From the NCBI GenBank assembly GCA_965153455.1, contig OZ234494.1, forward strand, positions 2,728,001 through 2,792,000: a stretch of 64,000 nt of DNA, written 5' to 3'. Under the pieces are notes generated by a model, which worked only from the letters and a program-made list of their open reading frames with translations, was not told the DNA's origin and made no database searches. Numbering within the stretch: the first letter of the stretch is position 1; every line of letters begins with the position of its first letter. Origin of the DNA: Sphagnum compactum (lineage: Eukaryota). The translations under genes were made by a program, and so were the position numbers. This document shows positions 1-12,909 of the stretch, one piece after another.

Positions 1-568
1 ATCTTCCTTTCTTAATCTACAGATGTAGAACTTGTAACCTTGTAATCTGTGATTGGGATTTGAATCACAAAAATGTGCAAATCTTTCTTATGGAAAATTG
101 TTGTTTCTTGGCACTGAAATTGGGTTTCTGGTGTATGTGGAGACGGCATTGTGACTTCCAGTTGTTGTGCTTGCTGTCTTCTTTTTCATGCAGATTGGGT
201 TAATTCCCACATATTCTGATAGTCTTTTTCTCCCCCTGCCCTAGTTTTTCTTCCCTTGATTCCAGTGGACACAAATGTTTTGGGCTTCTTTGCTGTCTCC
301 TAAACTTTTGTTCAGCTTTCGCAATTCTCATTTGGCACATCTCATCTCTTCTGAATCTTGTCATTGGGAAAAAGTGTACAATAGACCTACCCAGCATAGC
401 ATTTGTGAGCAATCATATGTTAGTCTGCTTTGAAGTTCCTGAATTTGATGGAATCCAAATCAGGACTTGTCAAGTACCCATTTTGCCACAAATCTGAACT
501 GTCAGTCAGTGTGTGCATCGAAGAAGCTGGGGTGATTGACAAACAGATTCACAATTAATTTTTTGTAG

Positions 569-3500
569 GGAGCAAGAATCTTATTGGAGCACGCAAAGAA
601 GGCTGGATATGCAGCCAGATATGCTCGATCATATCAGACCACGGTTACTAAATCCACTACGGTAACTGAGATTTATCATTCTGAATCTGTATACAATGTC
701 CCACTTGGTTGGTTGGTTGGTTCATGAAAGTTTTTCTGTTTTTATTATGCTTGCAATACTAGTCCTTTACCCAAGTGGGGTTCTCTTCAGCAGTTTCTCG
801 TGTGCAGGACTTGCGATCAAGGCTCGAAGAGTTGGTCCCACAAGAGCGGGTGAGAGCCTCTTTGATTTTTTACAGTTTCCATTCCTTTACTGTTGATTTT
901 TCATGGAAATGAGTAAAATAAAAATCAAACTGTCTGGAATCAAAAAATTTCCATCAGATGATGGTTTCTGTTGGGCTTTCAAGAATGTTTTGTTTTTCCA
1001 GCAGATGGTATTTTGTTGGGCTTTGAGAACTAATTTGAAGGACTTTCCACAGGAGCGACTGAAGGAGATAAAATCCAAGTATGGCAAAGTCTCTCTAGGT
1101 GACACAACAGTGGATATGGTATGTCATATAAATGCACTCCTACTAACTTTAGATCAGGAAGTTGCTATTTATCAAGATTTCTAAACTCCTGAATGTCAAG
1201 CGTTGAACAATAAGCGCTGGACCATAAATCCTTATTTCAAAAGCAACGTGCCTGTGACAGACTTGCACAGTGTTTGTTTGCATCTGTCCTATAGTTTCTG
1301 ACTGACTGTGAAAACATATATTTGTGGGTGTTTGATAGGCTATTGGAGGAATGCGAGGTATCAAAGGCATGCTTTGGGAGACCTCACTGCTCGATCCTGA
1401 TGAGGCATGTTACCCTATTATTATTGTTTCATACATGAGTTGCATCTCAGTAGTGCAATCTATTATGCCTCTGCTGTTTTGAAGAAGAAGAAGAAGAAGA
1501 AGAAGTGTGTTGGGTACTGATGAATCCCTGAGTGGATGGTACTCCTCCAAGTAATTTGGGCTTATCCATGAACGCATACTGATCCGGTGTTGTGATACAA
1601 TCTGACACTCCAAAGCTATCTGTTTGGCTTTTACCATGATTTGGGTATCATGCTTTAAAATTCAGCATTGGCTCTTTGAACTATATCACACTGACAGTAG
1701 ATTATTTTGCTCTTCTTTTCCTGCAGGGAATTCGCTTCAGGGGCCTTTCAATCCCTGAGTGCCAAGCCAAGCTTCCAGGTGCTAAAAAGGGAGGTGAACC
1801 ACTTCCTGAAGGTTTTCTCTGGCTACTTGCCACTGGAGAGGTACATCATTTGTTTCTGCATTTACATATGATTTCTGTATGTGGTAATCACGGTGTAAAG
1901 TCAGTAAGTTGTTGCTACTGAGTCCTTGCTTGTTGAGGTGTATGGTCTGCTGCACTCACATAGACTGGTGTGTGGCAGCTGGCTGTAGGTGAAATCTGTC
2001 AATCTTTAGATTTAGCTAGTGAAATATTTTTTAACTTTGATGTATTTATTCAGTTGAGTTCAGGTTGCTGAACAGCAATAAGGCCCAACTGTGTGTGGCT
2101 ACATTGTTTTTCACTTTATGAATTTTTTTTGTGTTTCTGCTGCAGTGCAGATTGAAGGAGAAAGTCATGTTTTTTCGCTATTGCTGCTCTGTTGTCTGTT
2201 TCAAGCTTTTGTGTCTATCAAATGTGTTGATTAATGTTTGAGTTTATCACCACTTCAGGCCTGCACTTTCTGAAATCTGCACCTCTTGGAATGATGACAG
2301 TTGCCGAATAAGGAGCAAGTGGATGCAGTGACTGCAGATTTGCGATCTCGCTCCAAAGTCCCAGGTGGGTGTACTTAGATTTCTCAGTGTAGAGTCTTCC
2401 CTGTCATGAATTTGTAGGAACTTAGTAGCTCAGGATTATCAAAGAGCACTCATGCTTCCACTACATCAGAAACAATGAAAACTTCGTGTAATGTCAGATT
2501 AGATATCTAACTTTTCACCCTTGCCCCCTTTCTGTCCTGCATGCATCCTTTGTCTGGCTTCTTGTATGAAGACTGCTGGAAAGTAGCATTTGGGTTTTTC
2601 ATTTCAAAATACCAGAAATCTTTTGTGGGGAATAATAGCATTATTTTTGTGTTAAACCCAAGTTTTCTACAGGCCATGTATTTGATGTGATAAATGCACT
2701 CCCGAAGACAGCTCATCCAATGACACAATTCACAGCTGGCATCATGGCTCTCCAGGCATGTCTCTGAAGTTCTCTATCCTACTGCATCATATTTTTTGCA
2801 ACTGCCTTTGCAAGATCATGTCTTTGGACACTTAATGATGCACCCACCCCCACCCCACCAACAGCTAATGCTTTTATGATCCTCACTTTATGATTCTGAG
2901 AATTGTAGTGCAATCTGATGATGTATACAGACTCAAAGTGAATTTGCCAAGGCTTACGAAACAGGAATTTCAAAGACCAAGTGAGCATACTTGGTTTGAT
3001 TGCATACTTCTGGAAATGTTTTTTTTGCTTACTTAGTACTCACCTACATGTTTGTATTTCAACTGTGGAACATAAAGGTGGCAACTTTTGGTGACTGACA
3101 ATTTTGTGTAAGTTACACAGATACTGGGAGCCCACATATGAGGATGCAATGAATTTGATTGCCCGTCTGCCTGAGGTTGCAGCTTTCATCTACCGTAGGT
3201 ATGTGTACTTGCTTCTTTTGTAAATGCTTTTGGGTTTTGTGGGTTCAGTTTATACCCTTGAACCCAATCATGAACCCTGCACCCTGGAGCTCTCAAATAT
3301 ATGGAGGCTGTAGAAACCAGTGAGCAGGTGGCTTGCAATCAACCAATGTGATTGCTTAGAGTCAATGGGATGTAAAAGAAAGGGAAGGAGGAAACAATGC
3401 ATATGCAATTCTGAGGAATTGAAGGTGTTGTTGCAGGATATACAAGGGAGGTGAGTTGCATGGGGCAGACCCCAATCTGGACTATGCTGCAAATTTTGCA

Positions 3501-6051
3501 CAGATGTTGGGCTTTAAAGACGACCTCATGCATGAACTCATGCGCTTATACATCAGCATTCACAGGTTATCTTTTAGTCTCTGTTTTTTTTCAAACCTTC
3601 CTTCCTTCCTGAAATCTTTGTTATGCCAAGATTTGTGGAACCCAAAGTTTTACAGAATGTGGCTGTCGACCTGAGCAGTAGGGATGTGTTGCTGCTGGCA
3701 GTGATCATGAGGGAGGGAATGTGAGTGCTCACACAGTACATCTTGTAAGTGCAGTATTTCCTTTCAGTCTTTGTTCAGCGCTGTCAGCTAGATGCCATTG
3801 CTTGTCCATCCATTCATTCATTCTGGGTTGTCAGGGTTCATTTTCCTCTTGAACCCTTTCCTTTCTTGAGCAATTTTGAAAACTGTGGCTTTTTTATTCT
3901 CAGGTTGGAAGTGCTCTGTCAGACCCATATCTCTCATTTGCAGCTGGAATCAATGGCTTAGCTGGTCCTCTTCATGGCCTTGCAAACCAGGTACCTTTCA
4001 AAGAAGTCTATGATATCATGTGATTGTCAGTCTTTTGACAACTCCTAGTGGGCATGCTTGGCTTGATCATTTGCAGAGGTTCCATGGCTGACTATTTATT
4101 GAGCAGACCATGCCATCCTGGTCACTCATATGTGCAAAGGTGGCAGGAAGTTCTGAGGTGGATTCAAGAAGTGGTGGCAGAGATTGGGAGTGATGTCACC
4201 GCTGAACAGCTTTCTGAATATGTGCACAAAACCTTGAAAAGTGGCAAGGTAAAGGAAGCAAACCTCCTAACATGGATATAATGGACAAAAATCCTTGAAA
4301 GCTAGTTTCCCACGAAGGAGTAGATCAAGGAACATTTTGCATAGAGCGTGGATTCGCTTCTTTGCAACCAAAGCTTAAATCTTTTGCAGCCATTCAATCT
4401 TGCTATGGATTTCCTTGGTGCTGATCTCTTTGTCCTGACAGTTAGAAATGTGTTACAATCAGCAGTGCTGGAGCAAGTCACATAGAGAATCCATTTGTGT
4501 CCTTGTTTGTATCTGTGTGTGAGGAAGGACTAGATGCTACAGGTGAAAGACTCCCCATTCACAGATGGAGGACTCTGACATAATCCAGTTGGGTCATGGG
4601 TGTAGGTGGTGCCTGGCTTTGGGCATGCAGTACTGAGAAAGACGGATCCTCGTTATATGTGCCAGCGTGAATTTGCCCTCAAGCATCTTCCAAATGATCC
4701 CTTGTTCAAAATGGTTGGTGCAATGCTCCTCCCTCCTCATCCACCATTTTTGTTTGAAAAAAGCCGTGACTTGACTGAACAAGAGTATGGATTATTTCAT
4801 GAGCAAATTGGTCCAAGGAGCTCCATGTTTTGAATTTGGTCCCAATGTTTTTTTTTCCTGGATGGTTTTTCTTCCTCAGGTCTCAAAGTTGTTCGAGGTT
4901 GTTCCACCAATTTTGCTCGCAGGTGGCAAGGTAAATCATCAAACTGCATAGAGACTTGACTTTATGTGGTGTTGGTCCCATGTTCTCATGGTTACTCTAT
5001 TGCTGCACAAGGTGCTATAGCTGAAGGCAAGAATGCAGTAGGGTCTAAAATGACCCAAAGGTGCCTCCTTTGTCCTGAATTGATAGTCCTGAAAACGGAC
5101 TGATGAGCTGATGTTGCAAATTGGGATTGGTTGGTTTCTCTGTTTTTAGGATTTAGGGTTTAGGTTTTAGGGTCATACCCTAAACCCAAAACCCTCTAGT
5201 TACTTTGCGTGAACTATGCTTAAAAGCACTCATTACACAGGCCTTAACAAGTTCTTTTGGGTACTCTACACTCAATTAGATTCATTTCAAATTTATCAGT
5301 GTTACAATGTTATATTTAAAACATTCTAAAAAACACGTCACAAATTTTCAACATCAACTTACTTTATCACCTTAAAGCTTGCAAAATAAAAACTTACAAA
5401 ATAAGGATCAATTACACTTGGGAGTGTGCCATTTTAGTGTGACTACACAGCCCAACAGTGAATTTTTTTTGAGTGGGAGTGCAGGTGAAGAACCCATACC
5501 CCAATGTGGATGCACACAGTGGTGTCTTACTTCAATACTTTGGCCTGAGAGAACAGAAGTAAGTTCTGCACTAGAACCAAATGGTTTCTAACTAAAAACT
5601 TTCTCCTTCAGTATTGTGTTTCAAGAGAGGATTATGCAGCAGCACAGACCCCTGTTGTTTATCGGCTCTGGTGGGTATATGTCTAATCTACTTGGGTGTT
5701 GCTTACTGCAGCTACTATACAGTGCTGTTCGGAGTGGCTAGATCCTTGGGTGTACTTTCTCAGGTAGGTTGTAAAACTGGTTTGAAATGGTCATGTTCTG
5801 CACATTTCAAGTCTGGAAGAAGATGATGAAAGGCAGTTACAGTGACAATTACACTGCTGGAATTTATTTATTTTTGTCAAAAAAGAGAATTAATTCCATC
5901 TGTGATTTGGGAGTATTTGTTTAACTGCCTGTTTTACCCTTTGTTGAATATGCAGCTGATTTGGGACCGGGCGCTGGGCCTTCCAATTGAGAGACCCAAG
6001 AGTATGACTTTTGAATACATTGAAAATTACTGCAAGTCCAAGGTTGCCTAA
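569..6051 (+). CDS. CSY4: Mitochondrial citrate synthase (CSY4/CSY5-like); start exon lies upstream of the window
   Basis: Manually spliced exons: 569-661, 808-849, 1053-1118, 1339-1404, 1727-1840, 2301-2364, 2673-2755, 2931-2980, 3121-3198, 3437-3565, 3702-3744, 3904-3990, 4147-4248, 4606-4713, 4880-4930, 5485-5558, 5712-5763, 5956-6051. They give a continuous frame with [78 protein letters not shown] and ERPKS. The Arg/Ala/Thr-rich first exon resembles a mitochondrial presequence. Confidence 0.96.
5145..5195. repeat. Short head-to-head interstitial telomere-like repeat inside a citrate synthase intron
   Basis: agggtttaggttttagggt (5155-5173), then cat, then accctaaacccaaaaccct (5177-5195); the arms match 17/19 as an inverted repeat. 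Confidence 0.75.
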
Positions 6052-7880
6052 GGCTGAATGAAGAAGCAACAACTGAAGAAGAAGATCCGCTAGGGTCATC
6101 ATGACAACAACGTTCAAGATAAGTTGCAGCTGTAACAGGATTCTGATGTATTTGGGTTTCTTGGGTCACACTAACATCAATTCTGCACTTCAGTAATTTG
6201 TTCATGACGATCACATGGGTTGCAGAATTTTTGATGTTTGTGGTTGGAATTGAAATAATTCTTTTACTTGTGTGAGCATCCGTGCTGTCACCCTTAAGCG
6301 ATCAGCCTACCGCTAAACCAGTAATTGTTATGTAATTCAGTTTCTTATTGGGCTCCGTAGTAGTCATAATCAGCTTCAGGGGCTGTCTCGAGGATGTGTC
6401 TCTTCCTAATTGGACATGCACACTTGAGTTATGTTCTGTATCCAACTGCGTGCTCACAGTTTAATTTATGTCCATAAACTGCTGAGTACATGGAGAGAAA
6501 GGGTATGTTTTTTCATCCACATGCAGAATTGAAGCAACCAGTAAAATGGGCAAAAGCTAGAAGGAGCCAGTCTTCTTGACAGTACCTAAAGCTGGTTATG
6601 TCCAGTAACTGGCTTGAGCTGGTTGGTTAGTGGGAATAGTCTCGATGCTACCGTGCCTCAACTATTCGCAGTAACTAGTGAGCTCTTGCTGATTACCTTA
6701 GTCCATATCACCTTCATTGTTCAATGCTCTAGCTCTCAAAGAGGAGGTAAAAAAATCAAATGCCAAGAGTGGAAAAGATGGTTTGGACTCCTGGGTTTCC
6801 TCATCTTGCTGATTCATTCATCACATCACCAAGTGTGTAAAAATTAGGAATAGGGATACCTCTGAATTGGAAATAATTTGTGTAAATCCATCAGATTGAA
6901 AAATGATCAGAAGTTTGTGTTCATTTCTGAGTCTTATGAAACAATTTGAAAGTTAAAACAAGTAGCCCGTCGTGTAATGACTTTGCCCTTTTTTTGGCAG
7001 GTTCAAACTTCAAACTAAAAGCTTTCCTTACACTGGACATAGAGCTTTCACATCTAGACATGTGCATTTCTATGGAACATGCACATCCACAAAGTGCACA
7101 TGTAGAGTACTGTAGATGTCACTCACACATTGTGTCAAGTTTGAGACAACAATTCTGCCACCAACCATTGTTTTGGGTAGCGAGGTAGCAACCTACCTTC
7201 TATCATCGGGCTTTGGGTGGGGCGGGAGGGCAGGTACATGGCTACTCTTAATGCCAGTGAACGGGATATAGGAGGCTGATTCTGCCAGGTACTTGGGGCT
7301 TGTCCTATGTGACTACTGGACTCACCCAGGAAGTGTTTGCCTGATAGGATCAAGCCATCTATGGCCCATTCTTTTGTACGTACCTACATACATACATACA
7401 AACAAAGGTACTTCCAGAAAGCCAAGTGCACACTCGTATCTGATATCCCAAATCATAATATCTGCAGAGTTCAGTCATGTTTCATCATCCCCTTGATTCT
7501 CCCAGTCATGCATGTTTGCACTCTTGTCAGCTCCCTTACAAGTTTGCACATTGCAGGGTTTGGAAAATGATAATAAGGAAAAAGCCGTCTAGAACATGAG
7601 AAACATTGTTGGAAGCTCAAATACTGTTAGTTTGGCACGGGACCACTTGATGCAAAACTCTCACAATTTGGAAAAGCTTTTTGCAATTGGAGACAATTTT
7701 TCTAACCAAATTGAGCACGAATGCTAGAAATGGGTTTCAAGTGAGAACAAAATCACTCTGAAACTGAGCAGCTTGTCTCACACACTCATGAATCCATCCT
7801 ATCATCATCTTCAGCTTCTTCGTATTACCATAGACAATGTTGGCCGGCTTCAGAGCATGTCTGTCCAATCAATAATTAAT

Positions 7881-8240
7881 TAATTAATTAATTCTGAAAT
7901 TTTCTTTCATTTAAAAAAAAAGAGTATTCAAGAGTGTCCCAAAAGATATTTCATTTTCCTTCACTAAAAAAACTCTCTTTGAGATTTTTTTTAAAAAAAT
8001 TTTTTTGAGGAAAATTTTGGAATTTCTAAAATATATATATATATATAATTTGTGTGAAAGTTGTTGCCAAGGTACTTTGAGAGTTTTTTTTTTTAATAAA
8101 AAAACAACCCATTCATCCATCATCCCTTGGATACCCTTTTATGACTCAGGTCTGGATGAACCACACAACTAACTCATCAGTTACCAAGGTTCCACCTTCG
8201 TACCCGATGGCCCGGAAATCCTCTCAGAATTAATTAATTA
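7881..8240. mobile_element. Putative MITE-like element bounded by AT-rich inverted repeats
   Basis: TAATTAATTAATTCTGA (7881-7897) and TCAGAATTAATTAATTA (8224-8240) form a perfect 17-bp inverted pair, but it is mostly low complexity; the interior is non-coding. Confidence 0.4.
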
Positions 8241-9963
8241 TTGATGTGGGTAGGGAATGTAAGTGGTTACTAGGTAGGTAGGTAGGTAGGTAGGTAAGGC
8301 AATTGGTGACTAGTCTAGTAAGCGGTAGGTATATGCGTGTGTGTGGATGGTTAGTACATAGTTAACAATTTGTGGTTAGGTAAGGGACAGAAAACTGTAC
8401 TTCTTTTTTCTGTCCACATTTCATCCATCCATTCATTCATCCATCCATCCTGCATGGTGCTCTAGTGGGTGCTGGTTTTTAGATAACTTGTAAGTTTGTT
8501 GTTGTCGTCATGTTGTGATTAATTGTGCCTGGCATGTTCTCTACTTTGGGAGCTGAACTCGGTCATTAAAATTCTCTCATGTTGCATTTACTAGTATATA
8601 TATCTGACAAATTGGGTTTCATGCAAGAGTCGCCTAATCCTTTTCCCAATTGGGCCATAGTTGCAGCAAAAAAAGCACAGAACTGACATGAAAAATTTGT
8701 CATCTATTTTTTTTTTCAAAAGAAAATTTGTTGAAAAAGATGGATAACCTAGACCTGACATATTATCGTTAAGTTAACGTTGAAAATTGGGGGTAAAACA
8801 CGACATAAATTTCTAGTAGAAATGGATGGAATCACAAAGTTTACCTCACACATGTGTATGTCATGACCATCGGTTTTGTTTTTAGGGTTTAGGGCTTAGG
8901 GTTTACGAAAAATATTAAAAGAGTCGTGCTATCATTTGGCAAACTACTAACTAGAACCTATTGTCTAAACACCAACCACCGTTGATTTCAAGAAGGAAAA
9001 AAACCTGAAAAATCTAGTAGTGACTTTAGCCCATTTTCCTCACAAAAATCCTTTGTATGTATGAGTCCCATTGGATTTTCTTTTCTCACCAAGTGACAAA
9101 ATTTTGCCTGAACAAAGCAAGCATCTACCAAACATGGCTTATTCAACATGAATTTGTGTCGAATTTTATGTAAGGTAAACCTAATGATGTTGTTGTGCTT
9201 TGTGCCGTATACAATACAATACAATACAATACAATAATAACCCTTATATAGTTTGCTACCCTCTTGATTATTATTATTTCTTTTCACCTCTTAGCTCCCT
9301 AAGTTTTGCATGAGATGTGTGGCAAACTATAATAACCCATGATGATTTTAGCCTAGTTTTGCAATTTGAATATTTTCAACCCATTTTGAAATTTGCTTAA
9401 GTTTTTAAATGTGATTTGCTACAATTCACCTATGTTTTTTTTTATAAAAAAAAAAGTTCTTTTTTGCGATACAAGAATTACAATCCTTTGGGTTTTTATT
9501 CCAATCCTAGTCTCTTTCTCATCAGCTAAACCTGTGTTGGGTTGTTAGCTGCTTGTACCACAAGCTATGTTGAAATGCAGTTTTGGGATGAAAATGTTTT
9601 GCTAAAATTTTTGCACAATTTCACATGGGAACCAAGAATGGTGTTTTTTTTGGTTTTGCTTAATTGCTTTTAATGTATTTCTTAATATTGTTGGAATCTG
9701 GACATCAACATTTTTCTACTTCCCGAAAGCCCAAATTTATTTATTTATTTATTTATTTATTCTTTTTGGGTAAATAACAGGACTTTACTCAGCACAGAAG
9801 AAAACAAAGCCCAAAATTTTCATGGTGTCATTGTGCACTATGAATTGAATTGAATTCTTGTTAGACACCAAAAGGAACACTTCTGGTGAAACTATCCACC
9901 AAGCACAAATATTTTCCCAGCAAAAAAAAGAAAAAAAAAGATTTTTTTTTTTTGCACTCATTA

Positions 9964-10495
9964 AAGTTATCCGTAAAGTCACCCTCTCTTTCACCCGCTA
10001 TCCCCTCTTTCAGTGGTATCCACAATGTAAGGAAACTTTTATATTAAATCTCATTATGGAATGCTGAAACTCAGCATTTAATGCACAAGGTACACGCGAG
10101 AGTAATTATAGTAATCGTACAGGTAGGAGCAGTGAAAATATATGTAGCAGCCAGCAGTGGAGGCGCTCAGGAAAAAGGAAGGAGGGGGATGAAACTCAGT
10201 TTTGCAGCTCAGGAAAAAAAGGAAGGAGGGGGATGAAACTCAGTTTTGCAGCTCAGGAAAAAGGAAGGAGAGGGATGAAACTCAGTTTTGCAGCTCAGGA
10301 AAAAGGAAGGAGGGGGATGAAACTCAGTTTTGCACCAAAATTGGTGAAAAAGCTAGTTTGGGTTCCAGTTATTTATTTCGGTTTTTTTTTTTTTTTGGGG
10401 GTAAAATTTCATTCCCAGTTACGCATTTGATGCCCTATTATGCCGAAACTGGCCGTTCTCGCCCCCCTATCATCGCCTGACTATACCGATAACTT
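9964..10495. mobile_element. MITE, copy 1 (TA-flanked, ~18-bp TIRs; Tc1/mariner-type by TSD)
   Basis: TA|AAGTTATCCGTAAAGTCA ... TGACTATACCGATAACTT|TA (16/18 inverted match). The body aligns by eye along its length with 25663-26064. Confidence 0.8.
10165..10334 (+). repeat. 4 x 42-bp tandem repeat inside MITE copy 1
   Basis: Unit gctcaggaaaaaggaaggagggggatgaaactcagttttgca starts at 10165, 10207 (two extra A), 10251 and 10293. It is present once in copy 2. Confidence 0.92.
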
Positions 10496-11611
10496 TATTT
10501 ATTGGCTCAACAAAATGAAAACCCGTGCACACTGACTGACAACTAACTAGTAGGCTGAATGAAAACAAACAAGATCTCTTTGGAATGAAAGCAAAAGAAA
10601 AGTCCAGTAAACAAACTCTCAGTAAAAAGTTATAAATATGTGCACTACTCACTCAGAAACTGCAGCATCCATCAAACTGACTTCCTTCAGTGTCGAAGAA
10701 GAACAATGGAAGTAAGTACTCATCACTAGCAATCTGGAGTTTACCGTTTCTGAAAGGCACACTTGGAAGAGGAGCAAGTCAGTCAGTGGGTGTTTCGGAG
10801 CTTCATCTTCCAATACATGCTTCTTTCTCTCTCTCTCTCTCATTCAAAGAAACACGAATGGAGACACGAAGAAGAATTTAAGACAAAGTCAGACAGACCA
10901 CAATTTTCAGCTGTCCGTTGGGAAGAAGGTGCCTGTGCATGTGTACTTTCATCATCACATTTTGTTTGTTTGTTTCTTTCTTTGTAGATGGATGAAAGCT
11001 TCACCCAAGATGCCAAAAAAGACATATATATATTTCATGATTTTTTAATAAAAATAAAATTAATAGATATTTTTTCTTAAATAAGAAGACATAATTTTCC
11101 ACCTAGTTTTTATTCACTATGCTTATTGAATTATTATTATTTTTATTATTATTATTCACTAACTAAAGCAAGCATATTTTAATTTAATTGGGTATTGAAG
11201 AATTTGCTATAAGCTAATAAAACAACCTTCAAGTTCAATTAGAAAAGATGCTGCACAAAAGGCCAATGCCATTCATTAATGATGAATAGAATCATCATTC
11301 ACACGTCGTTAGATTAGTCTAGAGACCCAAACAATTGTGCCACTTAATTAGGGTTTAGGGGGTAACACTTATGTTTTGATACACCAAATGATTTCAAGCA
11401 TAAGTTTTTGTTAATAAAAATCTCTTGTGGATGCATAATCCTTTTTATTATTATTATTTTTTGGAAATGTCTAGATGCATATCCTTTAGAGAATTTTTTT
11501 TATTAATAAAAAAGTCCTATTCATATCCTTTAGAATAGTTGAAAGAAAATTTATAATTGGCCAACAATGGACTGTTACTTAGTATTAATGAAAAACATGC
11601 TGAAAGCCGTC

Positions 11612-11810
11612 GTGTTTTTCTAACATTTTGTTTGTTTAGCCTAAATGACAATCATCCATAGGAACATGTGAAAAAAAAACGACAATCATCCTTAGAAAGA
11701 TTTAGCCAAATCTGGCTATAAACCAGATTTGGAATATTTAATGAATCTTCAATATCCATCACTACACTTTGAAAACCAAACGAAAAAATGTGACAAATTT
11801 TAACAAACAG
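11612..11810. repeat. Fragment of a dispersed repeat family with a palindromic TAGCCAAAT.TGGCTA core
   Basis: aagatttagccaaatctggctataaacca (~11697-11725) matches aagatttagccaaattgggctataacca (~62541-62568). Boundaries are approximate. Confidence 0.5.
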
Positions 11811-12608
11811 TTTTCCCCGTCTTCTTCCCGCCCCCCAAACAAGACAAGACCCAAATGTCGAGAACAAACAAACAAAGGAAAGTTGAGTAAGTTACCCCCT
11901 TTCCCACCTTGTCTTTATTGATCAAATTGGTACCTGAGCACAGATACTTAGTGTAAATTATAAACTGTCGCGGCTTCCTCTAACAAGATCCCACACCGAC
12001 CAACAAAGATGGCAAAGCACAAGCCAAAGAGAAAAACCAGGGGATGTGTCACACACTATGTAAGGCCTTGCCATTTACATGAAAAAAGTATGTATCTTAA
12101 GGCAAAAAAGAAGAATCATGGAGACTCAAATGGAAAAGACAAACAAAAAAAGGGAAAAAATAAAAATAATATAATAAATCACCAGACTTAGATTCATGCT
12201 GCTTCCCTGCATGTGATGCATGAGAAAGAGAGAAAGAAACAAGTAATCACCATCATCATCATCAACATCATCATCATCATCATGACCATGAGATCTCATG
12301 ATCACCATCATGTCAAGAACAAGAACAAGAAGACTGAATAAGAAGAAGAGGAGGATGAGGAGGAGGAGGAGGAGGAATGAGTAGGAGATGATTCTTATGA
12401 TTCTGATCATACTGTTGTTGTTGTTGTTGTTGTTGTATGTATGCTCACAAGTGAGAAGATGGGTCAGCTCCAGTCTTGGAAATCAGAAGCAGCAAAGTAC
12501 TTAAACCATCCAGCTACTACAAAACAGCAAACAATGTAGAGAGATAGATAGATGGTGGTGAAGAAGTTCATGCCACTACCAGGACCACCATTGCACCAAT
12601 CAAACAAG

Positions 12609-12659
<51 letters not shown>

Positions 12660-12909
12660 GAGACACACAGAGAGAGACACACACACGCACACATACACAG
12701 AATCTATCTCCAGCAGCTTCATAATTCTGTGCATGAGAAAATCATGACACCATTGAGGATTCTCATAATACCCTTCTTGCAGTGGAAATGGCAAGCGAGA
12801 AGTGAGACAGAGAGAGAGAGACAGAGAGAGATGCAGTGAGGTTCCAGGAGTAAGTATGTAGCTGAGAGTTTGATGGTTTTGTTGTTGTTGTTGGAGTAGT
12901 AGCTTAGTA

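Noticed and set aside
10202-10480. ORFs with repeated ETQFCSSGKRKE peptides
   Set aside because: Translation of the 42-bp tandem repeat within a MITE.
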